A stretch of 64,000 nt of DNA from Octopus sinensis. Its lineage: Eukaryota. Below the pieces are notes generated by a model. The model had not been told where the DNA came from. It ran no database searches and saw nothing but the letters and a program-made list of their open reading frames with translations. Position numbers and translations under genes: made by a program. The stretch covers positions 32,612,001 through 32,676,000 of the forward strand of contig NC_042998.1 of NCBI RefSeq assembly GCF_006345805.1, read 5' to 3'. Positions 11,401 through 23,025 of this stretch are shown in pieces; the stretch's first letter is position 1, and each line of letters begins with the position of its first letter.

Positions 11401-12800
11401 GTCATGTTAACCTACTCTCATTGCCTTGTCCTTTTGGTCATGTTAACCTACTGTCATTGCCCTGTCCTCTTGTTCATGTTAACCTACTCTCATTGCCTTG
11501 TCCTTTTGGTCATGTTAACCTACTGTCATTGCCCTGTCCTCTTGTTCATGTTAACCTACTCTCATTGCCTTGTCCTTTTGGTCATGTTAACCTACTGGCA
11601 TTGCCCTGTCCTCTTGTTCATGTTAACCTATTCTCATTGCCCTATCTACTTGTTCATGTTAACCTACTCTCATTGCCTTGTCCTTTTGGTCATGTTAACC
11701 TACTGGCATTGCCCTGTCCTCTTGTTCATGTTAACCTATTCTCATTGCCCTATCTACTTGTTCATGTTAACCTACTCTCATTGCCTTGTCCTTTTGGTCA
11801 TGTTAACCTACTGTCATTGCCCTGTCCTCTTGGTCATGTTAACCTACTGTCATTGCCCTGTCCTCTTGTTCATGTTAACCTACTGTCATTGCCCTGTCCT
11901 CTTGTTCATGTTAACCTACTGTCATTGCCCTGTCCTCTTGTTCATGTTAATCTACTGTCATTGCCCTGTCCTCTTGTTCATGTTAACCTACTGTCATTGC
12001 CCTGTCCTCTTGTTCATGTTAACCTACTCTCATTGCCCTGTCCTCTTGTTCATGTTAACCTACTCTCATTGCCCTGTCCTCTTGTTCATGTTAACCTACT
12101 CTCATTGCCCTGTCCTCTTGTTCATGTTAACCTACTCTCATTGCCCTGTCTTCTTGTTCATGTTAACCTACTGTCATTGCCCGGTCCTTTTCTTCATGTT
12201 AACCTACTGTCATTGCCCTGTCCTCTTGTTCATGTTAACCTACTCTCATTGCCCTGTCCTCTTGTTCATGTTAACCTACTCTCATTGCCCTGTCTTCTTG
12301 TTCATGTTAACCTACGCTCATTGCCCTGTTCTCTTGTTCATGTTAAGCTACTCTCATTGCTCTATCCTTTTGGTCAGGTTAACCTACTTTCATTGCCCAA
12401 TCTTTTTGGTCATGTTAACCTACTCTCATTGCCCTATCCCCTTGGTCATGTTAACCTACTGTCATTGCCCTGTCCTCTTGTTCATATTAACCTACTCTCA
12501 TTGCCCTGTCCTCTTGTTCATGTTAACCTATCCCCTTGGTCATGTTAACCTACTGTCATTGCCCTGTCCTCTTGATCATGTTAACCTACTCTCATTGCCC
12601 TGTCCTCTTGTTCATGTTAACCTACTGTCATTGCCCTGTCCTCTTGTTCATGTTAACCTACGCTCATTGCCCTGTTCTCTTGTTCATGTTAAGCTACTCT
12701 CATTGCTCTATCCTTTTGGTCAGGTTAACCTACTTTCATTGCCCTATCCTTTTGGTCATGTTAACCTACTCTCATTGCCCTATCCCCTTGGTCATGTTAT
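11401..12800. repeat. 36-bp minisatellite, ~39 units (ttcatgttaacctactctcattgccctgtcctcttg)
   Basis: Direct periodicity; produces the ORFs MLTYCHCPVLLF and HVNLLSLPCPLV. Confidence 0.95.
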
Positions 12801-13126
12801 CTGGAATACATATTTATTTCAGAATACTGAGCACCCTTATCAATCATTTCCCCATCCCTCATCTCTTTCATCACCATTATTCATGCTTTTAGCTTTTATG
12901 TCTCCATTGCATCCTTTAAAACCTCCAGGCTTCCCGAAATTCACCAAACACTAAACCCAATATCCACCCACTCCTCCATACGCATGCACACATGTCTATC
13001 ATGACTCCTACACTGTTCACTTTCCTCACCTTTATACATAACCCTATGCACTTTACATGCACCTTTGATGAATTGTAATGCACCTGTGCGCTATATTCAA
13101 TAATTTCATTATCATTTTCCTCTTAC

Positions 13127-13322
13127 CTCTCACTCTGTATATCGGCTGGCGAGGGGGTCAAGTGGTGGGGATCACGAGGTCCCTTTAGCCAAGAAGTTGT
13201 GTTAGTGAAGGTCATGGTTGCTTCCCTAGTGCTGAGACTATGAAATGCCTGCTCTGTACACTCCGTAAAGTGTAAAGACCCTACACTTCCATTAAAGACA
13301 TGACATCTCTCTGGTGTTGGTG
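13127..13322 (-). CDS. Probable coding exon of an unidentified minus-strand gene (phase 1 to phase 2)
   Basis: Strong acceptor ttttttttcttttctcttttag, donor gtaaga, open frame PTPERCHVFNGSVGSLHFTECTEQAFHSLSTREATMTFTNTTSWLKGPRDPHHLTPSPADIQSER, non-repetitive and GC-richer than flanks. Confidence 0.6.
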
Positions 13323-13504
13323 CTAAAAGAGAAAAGAAAAAAAACGGGCAATCAGTAGACCCTGTAAAGTTGTCGGTGTTAGGATGGATATCCAATGACA
13401 GGGATCAAGTTAAGAAGGAAATGTGAGATACGATCCATCAACTTGTCTTAGTGGTGCTGGTTTTCACCATGGCAACCTGTACCACATATACCAGCATGAA
13501 AAGT

Positions 13505-13765
13505 AGATGATGATGATGAAGATGATGGTAGATGATGATGATGATGATGATGCTGATGATGATGACGATGATGATGATGATGATGATATTGATGATGACG
13601 ATGATGATGATGGTAATGAGGAAGATGATGAAGATGATGGTGATGATGATGTTGGTGATGACGGTGATGTTGACAATGATATTGATGATGACAATGATGA
13701 TGGGGATGATGGTGATGAGGAAGAGGATGATGCGGACGATGATAATGATGATGGAGATGATGAAG
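13505..13765. repeat. Degenerate (GAT)n microsatellite
   Basis: Direct inspection. Confidence 0.95.
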
Positions 13766-14014
13766 GTTGCAAAGCAGAGTTATATTGCTCTGCTTGACTA
13801 ATCTTATTGCACAAAAGGCTATAATTTCAATATACAATAAAATATGTCATGAACATCTGTCCAAAGATGTTACGGATATTTATTGGCTGCACAAGATAGA
13901 CATGTGTCAACCTACGGGAATATTAAAATGCTACGCTTAAAAATACTAAACGACTCGATTCATTTCTGTCCGACGACCAACAATTACACCATTTTGGATG
14001 GAAAATTATGTTCC

Positions 14015-15492
14015 TGACTACCTAATTGCTGAGTCACTATCAGAACTGGAGGAGAAGTTTCAGATGTGGAAGCAAGGATTTGAATCGAAGGGCCTTAGAG
14101 TCAACCTAGCTAAAACCAAAGTCCTAATAAGTAGGAAGGTAGACAAATCACATATGCCTTCAGGAAGATGGCCCTGCTTGATCTGTAGAAAAGGCGTAGG
14201 TAGGAACTCTATAAGATGCACCAAGTGTAAGCTATGGACACATAAGAGGTGCAGCAATGTCAAAGGAAGGCTAACTAGGAAGATAGTTTTTGTATGTGGC
14301 AGATGCTCAGGAGCAATAAACACTGAAAATGCGCAGAGACCATCTTCCGCCACATTCCAGGGAGAAAAACTAGAAATAGTTGATAGTTTCCGTTACCTAG
14401 GTGATCAAGTCAGTAGCAGGGGCGGGTGTGCTGAAAGTGTAACTGCTAGAGTAAGAATAGCCTGGGCAAAGTTCAGAGAGCTCTTACCTCTGCTGGTGAC
14501 AAAAGGCCTCTCGCTCAGAGTAAAAGGCAGATTGTATGACGCATGTGTACGAACAGCCATGCTACATGGCAGTGAAACATGGACCGTGACTGCTGAGGAT
14601 ATGCGTAAGCTTGCAAGAAATGAAGCCAGTATGCTCCGATGGATGTGTAATGTCAGTGTTCCTACCCGACAGTGTAATTACCTTGCGAGAAAAGTTGGGC
14701 CTATAAAGCATCAGATGTGGTGTGCAAGAGAGACGTATACGCTGGTATGGACATGTGGTAAGAATGGATGAAGATAGTTGTGTGAAAAAGTGCCTACCCT
14801 AGCAGTTGAGGGAACCTGTGGAAGAGGTAGACCCAGGAAAACCTGAGATGAGGTGGTGAAGCATGACCTTCGCTCTTGAGGTCTCACCAAGGAAATGACC
14901 AGAAACCAAGACCTTTGGAAGTATGCTGTGTGTGAGAAGACCTGGCAGGACAAGTGAGGTCATAACCCATAGCCTCTACCTGGGACGTAGTCAGTCCACC
15001 TGTGCATACCTTCCTTCTTGTGACACAAAACTCTACTTGTGAAGACCTGTTGAGGCAAGTGAAAATCAAAATCGAAATCGATCAACATCAATGGAAATTG
15101 TAGCTGTGATACCAGTGCTAGTGGCACGTAAGAGAACCATCTGAATGTAGCCATAGCCAGCCCCGCATTGCCTGGCCTCCGTGCCAGTGGCACGTAACAA
15201 ACACCATCCGATCGTGGCCATTGCCAGCCTTGCTTCGCCTCCGTGCCGGTGGCACGTAAAAAGCACCATCCGATCGTGGCCGTTCGCCAGCCTCGTCTGG
15301 CACCTGTGTCGGTGGCACGTAAAAAGCACCTACTACACTCACGGAGTGGTTGGCGTTAGGAAGGGCATCCAGCTGTAGAAACACTGCTAGATCTGACTGG
15401 ACCTGGTGCAGCCTTCGAGCTTCCCAGATCCCAGTTGAACCGGCCAACCCATGCTAGCATGGAAAGGGGACGTTAAACGATGATGATGATGA
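14015..15492 (+). mobile_element. 5'-truncated RTE-type LINE: RT C-terminal region, long 3' UTR and (GAT)n tail
   Basis: LIAESLSELEEKF..WK..GLRVNLAKTKV, FRYLG, LYDACVRTAMLHGSETW, frameshifted RWYGHV..RGRPRKT; 3' UTR from ~14950. Confidence 0.88.
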
Positions 15493-15519
15493 CGAGACCA
15501 TTCCATCTTGTAAATAGGT

Positions 15520-15905
15520 ATCATGATCATCATTATCGTCGTCGTTGTCATCATTGTCATCATCATCATCATCATCGTCATCATCATCATCATCATCATC
15601 ATCATCGTCGTCATCGTCATCATCGTCATCGTCATCATTGTCATCATCATCATCGTCATCATCATCATCATCATCGTCGTCGTCGTCATCATCATCATCA
15701 TCATCATCGTCGGCGGCGTCATCATCGTCGTCATCATCATTATCATCATCATCATTGTTGTCATCATCATCATCATCCTCATTTAACATCCGCTTTCCAT
15801 GCTAGCATGCTTTGGAATGGTTTGACAAAAGCTGGGAAGCTGGAGAGCATCACCAGGCTTCATTGTCCTCTTTGACAGGCTTTCTAGGGCTGAATGCTGC
15901 TCTTC
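15520..15905 (-). mobile_element. Expanded (CAT)n tail plus short RTE 3'-end fragment, tail-to-tail with the preceding LINE
   Basis: tttaacatccgctttccatgctagcatg is the reverse complement of the LINE 3' end. Confidence 0.75.
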
Positions 15906-16470
15906 CTAACATTTGTAAATATTATTTCAGTGTAATTAACAAATGTTTTATTCACCAACCTATATCTGAGTCAAAGTCCTACTAAGAGACCCTCAAAATC
16001 CTTTCAACACCTGCATCTATGCAAAGTACTTACGAAGATTAAGTTTTATTCATTTGTTAAATTAATTCCCTCATCTACATCCTTCGTGTCTTGTGTTGGT
16101 TCTTAAGAAGACTTGAAGAAAATGGCTCAATGAAGTCAAATATTAGGAGACAAGTTATCAAGTGTTGATGCTATTAAACAACCGTAATGATTCCTGCTTT
16201 ACCACACTTTTCGTAATTGAAATCTTAAGAACAAACCACAAGTCCAGCACATTTTAGAATGTTTGCAGATCAATTCTGGGGTGAGTTGTATATCAAATAA
16301 ATTGAATTGCCATACTCTTCTTATATTCATTGTTATATTGTTGTTCTGATTTTCATTAAGGCAAGGAATTCTTCAGTTGAACACAATGACGGACATCTTA
16401 CATACCTCATTAATTATGTCACTTATGGAGCATTTGTTCATCGATATGATTCTAAAAGTTCATAATACTT

Positions 16471-16879
16471 AGGCGGTGAGCTGGCAGAAACGTTAGCACG
16501 ACGGGCGAAATGTTTAGTGGTATTTCGTCTGCCACTATGTTCTGAGTTCAAATTCCGCTGAGGTCGACTTTGCCTTTCATCCTTTCGGGGTCAATAAACT
16601 AAGTACCAGTTACACACTGAGGTCGATGTAATCGACTTAATCCATTTGCCTGTCCTTGATTGTCCCCTCTGTGTTTAGCTCCTTGTGGGTAGTAAAGAAA
16701 TAGGTATTTCGTCTATCTTCGTGTTCTGAGTTCAAATTCCACTTAAGTCGACTTTGCCTTTCATCCTTTCAGGGTCAATAAATTAAGTACCAGTTGTGTA
16801 CTGGGGTCTATCTAATCGACTGCCCCTCCTCCCCAAAATTTCGGGCCTTGAGCCTAAAATAGAAGAAAAAGAAAAAATG
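16471..16879 (+). mobile_element. Composite SINE A (full unit plus head-truncated unit) within one 13-bp TSD
   Basis: gttcataatactt at 16458-16470 and 16880-16892. Confidence 0.9.
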
Positions 16880-17077
16880 GTTCATAATACTTGGATTTCT
16901 GCTTTCACATGAATAATGTGGCTGTTAAATGGTAAGCAGCACAAATAGAATTCGTTTGGAATTCTCTGCCACATTATTATTGCTTAAAGAAACTTGGGTG
17001 ACATCAGTGTCAGTCAACTAAATTGTTGTTGGCACTTGTTCATCATGAGTTTGTTCAAGTAAATTTGATTTCTATAT

Positions 17078-17755
17078 TCATTTCTTTATTGCTCACAGGA
17101 GGCTAAACTTTAAGGGGACAAACAAGGACAGACAAAGGGATTAAGTTGATTACATTGACTCCAGTGCATAACTGGTACTTAATTTACCGACCCCGAAAAG
17201 ATGAATGGCAAAGTCGACCTTGGAGGAATTTGAACTCAGAACATAATGGCCAATGAAATACCGCTAAGTATTTTGCCCAGTGTGCTAACAATTCTGCCAG
17301 CTTGCTACCTTAATCACCATAAATAATTATTTCTACCCTCGGCACAAGGCCTTGAAAACTTTTGAGGAAAAGGGCTAGTCGATTATATTGACCCAGTGTG
17401 TAATTGGTACTTATTTCATCACCCTCAAAAGGATGAATGGCAAAGTCGACCTCAGTGGAATTTGAACTCAGAATGTAAAGACAGATGAAATGCCACTGAG
17501 CATTTCACCTGGTGTGCTAATGTTTCTGCCAGCTTGCCACCTTGTAAGAAACAAATGTTCTTCTCCACTCTAGGCACAAAGCCCGAAATTATTGGGGATG
17601 GGACCAGTTGATTAAATCGACTTCAGTATGCAACTGGTACTTAATTTATTGACCCCCCCTCCCCCACAAAAAGGATGAAAGGCAAGATCAGCCTTGGTGG
17701 AATTTGAACTCAGAACACAAAGACAGACAAAATGCCACCAAGCATTTTGTCTGAC
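17078..17755 (-). mobile_element. Three consecutive SINE family A copies
   Basis: Three reverse-complemented central domains and B-boxes. Confidence 0.85.
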
Positions 17756-17764
17756 TTGCAGCCT

Positions 17765-17993
17765 TCATCATCATCATCAGGTTTTTCCATGCTCGCATGG
17801 GTTGGAGGTTCGACCGGAATTTAGGAAACCAGGAGGCTGCACCAGGCTCCAGTCTGATCTGGCAGTGCTTGTACACCTGGATGCCCTTCTTAATGCCAAC
17901 CACTCCATGAGTGTAGTGGGTGCTTTTTACGTGCCATCAGCACAGGTGCCAGGGGAGGCTGGCAATGGCCACAATCAGTTGGTGCCTTTTCAG
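17765..17993 (-). mobile_element. RTE 3' UTR copy
   Basis: (CAT)n followed by the reverse-complemented LINE 3' end. Confidence 0.8.
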
Positions 17994-18514
17994 TGGGTTA
18001 ATGACTAAATAGAAGTTAAAAGTATTACAAAATATCTTTGACAAGGTGTTATTCTTAATAAGGAGATTGCAAGACAAAATAAAACACAATGAATAGTTAC
18101 TCCCACAGGTGAGAATAATTGATTAAATTTTACTCAACTTCACCCACACACATGCTGATATATGTTCATATGTATACATCAAACATTTCACTTTACTTGC
18201 ATTCACCTTATATTCACACACATGATAAAAGGTTTCCTGAAAATCACATCAGCACATCTTACATTCCATTATGCCATTAAGTGGATTATCATACATATAT
18301 CTTGTTAAGTCAATACCACAGCATTCGATTATGTCATGTTTACACTTGCTTACACTCTTAAGTCACAAACTGCTGAATAGCTACTTCTCATCCATTTCCT
18401 CCTCTCTCTCCCTTATACACACTTTCTGCTCTAACACACACACACACGTTCACACAGCCTCTCCTATGCTTTATAATGCCAGGTCATGACCAACACAAGA
18501 CCACAACACAATTC

Positions 18515-18910
18515 TTTTTTCTTTCCTTTTACTTGTTTCAGTCATTTGACTGTGGCCATGCTGGAGCACCACCTTAAGTCAAATGAACAAATCGACCCCA
18601 GGACTTATTCTTCGTAAACCTAGTACTTATTCTATTGGTCTCTTTTGTCAAACTGCTAAGTTACAGGGATGCAATCATGCCAACACCAGTTCTCAAGTGA
18701 TTGGTGTGTGGGGGGGGGGGACAAACAGACAGAAATACACACACACATATATATATACAATGGGCTTCTTTCTGTTTGTGTCTACCAAATCCACTCATAA
18801 AGCTTTGATCAGACCGCAGCTATAGTGACACTTGCCCAAAGTGCCACACAGTGAGACTGAACTGGGAACTATGTGGTTGGGAAGCAAGCTTCTTACCACA
18901 CAGCCACTCC
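18515..18910 (-). mobile_element. SINE family B
   Basis: Reverse complement of 9363-9785. Confidence 0.88.
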
Positions 18911-19684
18911 TGCAATTAAAAAATTTTTTTAATTTGATGACTTTGGTTGTTGTTTGTTTTTTTCTCTCATAAATTTCTTTCTAGACATATCGACAGCAAA
19001 ATTTTGAATAAATATATTATTCGCTTCAAACTGATGACCCACCTTTTTAAATTGATTATTTAAATGTTTTAAATAATTTCCAATTATATGTCTTGGTCGT
19101 TTTGAAAATAAAAAAATTCTTTTAACCCATCATGTATTTTCTTATTTGTGTTTCACTTTTGCAGTTTGTCATCTTGACGCTTCAGATCAAATCAGTCTTT
19201 TCTCAAAATTTCTATCACCATAGCAACAAAAGATTAAATTTTAAGCTTTAAAAATCCTAAGTTATTTCTATTCAGGACATTTATTTATTTATTTTCAAGA
19301 AAATTAAAAAATTAAAATAACGGCATTGATTGATAGATCAATCATTCCTAAAAATCAATTTAAGAGATTTCACCTTTGTACCGTTCATTGTATTAGCATT
19401 TTCTTTGAGGAGAGTTGTACAAATGAGAAGCAATCAGTTGGTTAGTTCCATCAATCTCTACAAGATTCTGAAATTGGAACATGCTTTAAACAGAAGACAG
19501 GAAAGAAATATATTGAATCTTTCAGGATTAGCATTTTCTACTAAACTGTTATTTTTAATTTTTATTACACAATCTCATTTTTTTTAATACAATATTTGTT
19601 ATAGAATTTTTTTTAAATATATCATTCCCCAAAAGTTGGCATAATTCCTGAGCAAAAATTTTGAAGCAAAATGATACTCATCTC

Positions 19685-20355
19685 TTTTACTCTTTTATTT
19701 GTTTCAGTCATTTGATTGTGGCCATGCTGGAGCACCGCCTTTAGTTGAGCAAATCGACCCCAGAACTTATTCTTTGTATGCCTAGTACTTATTCTATTGG
19801 TCTCTATTGTCGAACCACTAAGTTACGGGGTTGTAAACACACCATCATCGGTTGTCAAGCTATAAGTTATATAATAAAATAAAATAAATAAATAAATGAA
19901 ATATATATATCTATTTAAATATTTGTTGTGCAAGATTTTTTATGTGAAGTCGTGACGAAAGAACTTTGGCCGAAATAAGATTAAGATGAATGTAAAAAAT
20001 AAATATCACTGAAGCAAAATAACACCAAATATATAGTGCGTGTGTTTTTATTGGCTAAACTGGCAATATGACCATTCCGAAATATATATCTATTATTTGT
20101 TATTTATGTATTGGTTTATGTCTATCACTGTTTGAGTTGCATAATAGTGGTTTTATCTCTAATTTATACTTTATATATATATATATACACACGACGGGCT
20201 TCTCTCAGTTTCTATCTACCAAATCCACTCACAAGGCTTTGGTCAGCCAGAGGCTATAGTAGAAGACACTTGTCCAAAGTGCAACGCAGTGGGACTGAAC
20301 CCAGAACCATGTGGTTGGTAAGCAAGCTAATTACCACAGAGCCACTCCTACACCT
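19685..20355 (-). mobile_element. SINE family B split into a tail (19685-19860) and a head (20190-20355)
   Basis: Both halves match family B, separated by AT-rich sequence. Confidence 0.7.
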
Positions 20356-20885
20356 ATGTTTATCAATTATCAAAAGAGGAAAATTATTAAAAAATTACGT
20401 TGCATTCCTTTTTATAAAGTCCCCAAAATATGGTGAAAGGACCAATGGAAATGGAACCCTAACATGAAAGCGCTTTTGATCCCATTTATCTTCTTGAATG
20501 AATATCAATGACTTATAAGGGACACTTATAACATCTGTGAGGAAACATACTTTCATGTTAGTTCATGTTAAAATTCGACTACGTTATATAAACTAACTTT
20601 ATATGCCTCAAACTTCATGTCCAATTAAGAAATACTTAATGTAAGATAGATACTGCTGAGAACATTTAAGCAGACAGGTTACATAATCTTCTGCTAACTC
20701 ACTTTGACATTAAGGTCTTTCTACATTAACAGTATTATTGCTTGAGCAGATTTTGGTTTTAGATGCTTTCTTATCATCCTTTCAACCAAATTCCATTTTC
20801 TGTATCAATTTCTCATCCAAATTATAATCAGTAAATCATCAGAACTGTCTGTCTCTTACTTGCAGCTATCTCTCGTGTAGCTTAC

Positions 20886-20927
20886 CTACTTGCGACTGAC
20901 TATTACAATTACTGTGGTAACATGGTG
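20886..20927 (-). CDS. Putative 42-nt symmetric (phase 1-1) exon, PCYHSNCNSQSQV
   Basis: Acceptor tttcttttattag, donor gtaagc; phase-compatible with the exon at 13127-13322. Confidence 0.4.
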   Translation of the reverse strand, partial: HHVTTVIVIVSRK

Positions 20928-21177
20928 CTAATAAAAGAAACCAGCTAATTCACCAACGCCATCAAAATTTGATCACTTACTTTGTTTTTATTTTTATTAC
21001 TTCATCAGGTTGATAAGGGAAACAATCATCTCCCTATTTTATCTTGTGTCTTCTGGGATTAAGGGGAGGACAGAAGCGGATTATTTTCAGACCAGAAACT
21101 TGGCCCAAATTTGTGTAACTGCAAGAACTCTGCGAAAGACACTAAGTAGTCAGATGGTGATTTAATGCTAGATGATA

Positions 21178-21180
<3 letters not shown>

Positions 21181-21209
<29 letters not shown>

Positions 21210-21650
21210 TGAAATTATTGTATACAGTGCTCAGGTGCACCACAACTTGTCAAAAGTGCATATAAAGCATATGCAGTAATGTACAAATGTCTGGAAAGTG
21301 AACAGTGTATGAGTCAGATACATACTTGCATGTGTATGGAAGGGAGAAAATCAGGTGTAGTGTTGGCGGATCTCAGGAAGCATAGAAGTTTTGAAGGATG
21401 CAGTGCTCCGACAACTAACAACTGATGCTGGCAGTTTGTTCCATGTTTCAGCAACTCTTAGCATGAAAAAATGTTTCCGAAAGTCATGGGAGCTGTGCTG
21501 TTTTCTGACTTTGTAAACATGTTCACGAGTGTTAAACAGATGGAGTTTGAAAGGGTGCTCAGAGATATTGTTTGTAAGGTGGTTAATAAGTCTATCGGCC
21601 AAGAACTCAGACTTCTGAGAGAACAAATTGTGGAAGGCATCTCACCTGGC
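21181..21650 (-). mobile_element. CR1/L2-type LINE 3' end
   Basis: NTREHVYKVRKQHSSHDFRKHFFMLRVAETWNKLPASVVSCRSTASFK matches the CR1 RT C-terminus; (ATT)n tail. Confidence 0.8.
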
Positions 21651-22254
21651 ACTAACAATTCCGCCAACCCACCGCCCTGGACTGGTACTTGATTTTTATC
21701 AACTCATAAAGGATGGAAGGCAAATTTAACCTTGCTTAAATCTGAACTCAGAATGTAATGAATTGTAACAAAACCTATAAGATATTTCGTCCCCTTTTCA
21801 GTTCCTCTCTATCCAATCTACTTGTGGTGTTATCTCCCTTTCATTAGTCCCCTACCATAATGGGAACTTTCTAGTTTAAAAAGAACACATTCGGGCCCCT
21901 AACAGTAGGAAGCCATTACTGTATATGCTTTGCTAATAACCGGATGTGTTTTACCTCACGTTGAATTGTCTTTCTATTTATCAACGAATATTGCCAAGCT
22001 TCATTATACTACATGGTGCCAGAAATGGGATTTCAAAGGATTTAAATTTAAAAAAAAAAAAAAAAAGAAGAATTCTTCACAGAATTGTAAGTTTATTTTT
22101 CTCATTTGATTTGGAGGATGTCTGCAAGGCCTTTTTCTGCAAGTGTCTCACCTCCGGAGCAAGTGTCTATCAGGAAATGTGGCTAGCAATTGGAGAAGAT
22201 TTAAATGAAACTTTTTGAACTATTCAATTGCCAGTTGACTCTTAAATGAAGTCA

Positions 22255-22357
22255 GGTATATCAGCCGAAACGTTGTGTTAACAACAAACAAGATGAGGAC
22301 AAATATCCATCAAATGTAAACAATGTAAATAATTCCTCATCTCTTAAATATAGAACT
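22255..22357 (+). mobile_element. HH-family repeat, 5'-truncated (lacks CUGAUGA)
   Basis: ggtatatcagccgaaacgttgtgttaacaac...tagaact. Confidence 0.8.
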
Positions 22358-22555
22358 ATACTGTTTATTTTAGTCAGACTGGTGACCCTCATGTTGGGTG
22401 TTGTAAGTTCAAGCCTTCTTCAAGTGACTTGTGTTGAGCTCGGTTGTTGCATCAGAATTTCAGACCTAATCCTTTGACCTGCAGGAGCACACTCTTCACA
22501 TTCTGTCTTTGTCGGGTTAGGCTTTAAATTCCAATTCAACCAAGTTCGACACAGT

Positions 22556-22680
22556 ACACCTGAAGACGGCTGGAGTGAACAACAACCAAAACATAGTGAA
22601 AGTAACAATCAAGATGAGGACAGCAATCCAACTAATATAAACAGTATGCAAAATATTTTAGAGATATAGAATATATTCAT
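22556..22680 (+). mobile_element. Diverged HH-related subfamily copy
   Basis: acac CTGAAGA c ggctg...caacc aaaac ata gtg followed by an aagatgaggac tail. Confidence 0.5.
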
Positions 22681-22699
22681 TATCATTATCACTATCACC

Positions 22700-23025
22700 A
22701 TTACCATCATCATTGTTTAACATCCATTTTCCATGTAGGCATGAGTTGGATGGTTTGACTGAGGACTGGCAAGCCAGAAGGCTGCACCAGGCTCCAATCT
22801 GATCTGGCAATGTTTCTACAGCTGGATGCCCTTCCTTACACCAACCACTCTGAGAGTCTAGTGGGTGTTTTTTTTATGTGCCACCGGCACGAGGGCGAGT
22901 CAGGCAGCACTGGCATCGACCATGCTCAAATGGTGCTTTTTATGTGCTACCAGCATGGGAACCAGTCAGGTAGCACTGACATCAACCACGTTCGAATGGT
23001 GCTTTTTATGTGCCACCGGCATGAA
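22700..23025 (-). mobile_element. RTE 3' UTR copy
   Basis: Similarity to 15070-15490. Confidence 0.8.

Noticed and set aside
11401-12800. CRISPR array (36-bp repeats)
   Set aside because: Units are contiguous with no unique spacers, and the context is eukaryotic with no cas genes
13448-13837. Poly-Asp/His/Met/Ser ORFs (also 15387-15875)
   Set aside because: All frames of (GAT)n/(CAT)n microsatellites are open by construction
16340-16950. Plus-strand exon interrupted by the SINE at 16471
   Set aside because: Removing the SINE and one TSD still leaves stops in every frame before the gtaagc donor
18263-18356. Minus-strand exon SVSKCKHDIIECCGIDLTRY...
   Set aside because: Weak acceptor, and phase 0 start is incompatible with the neighbouring candidate exon
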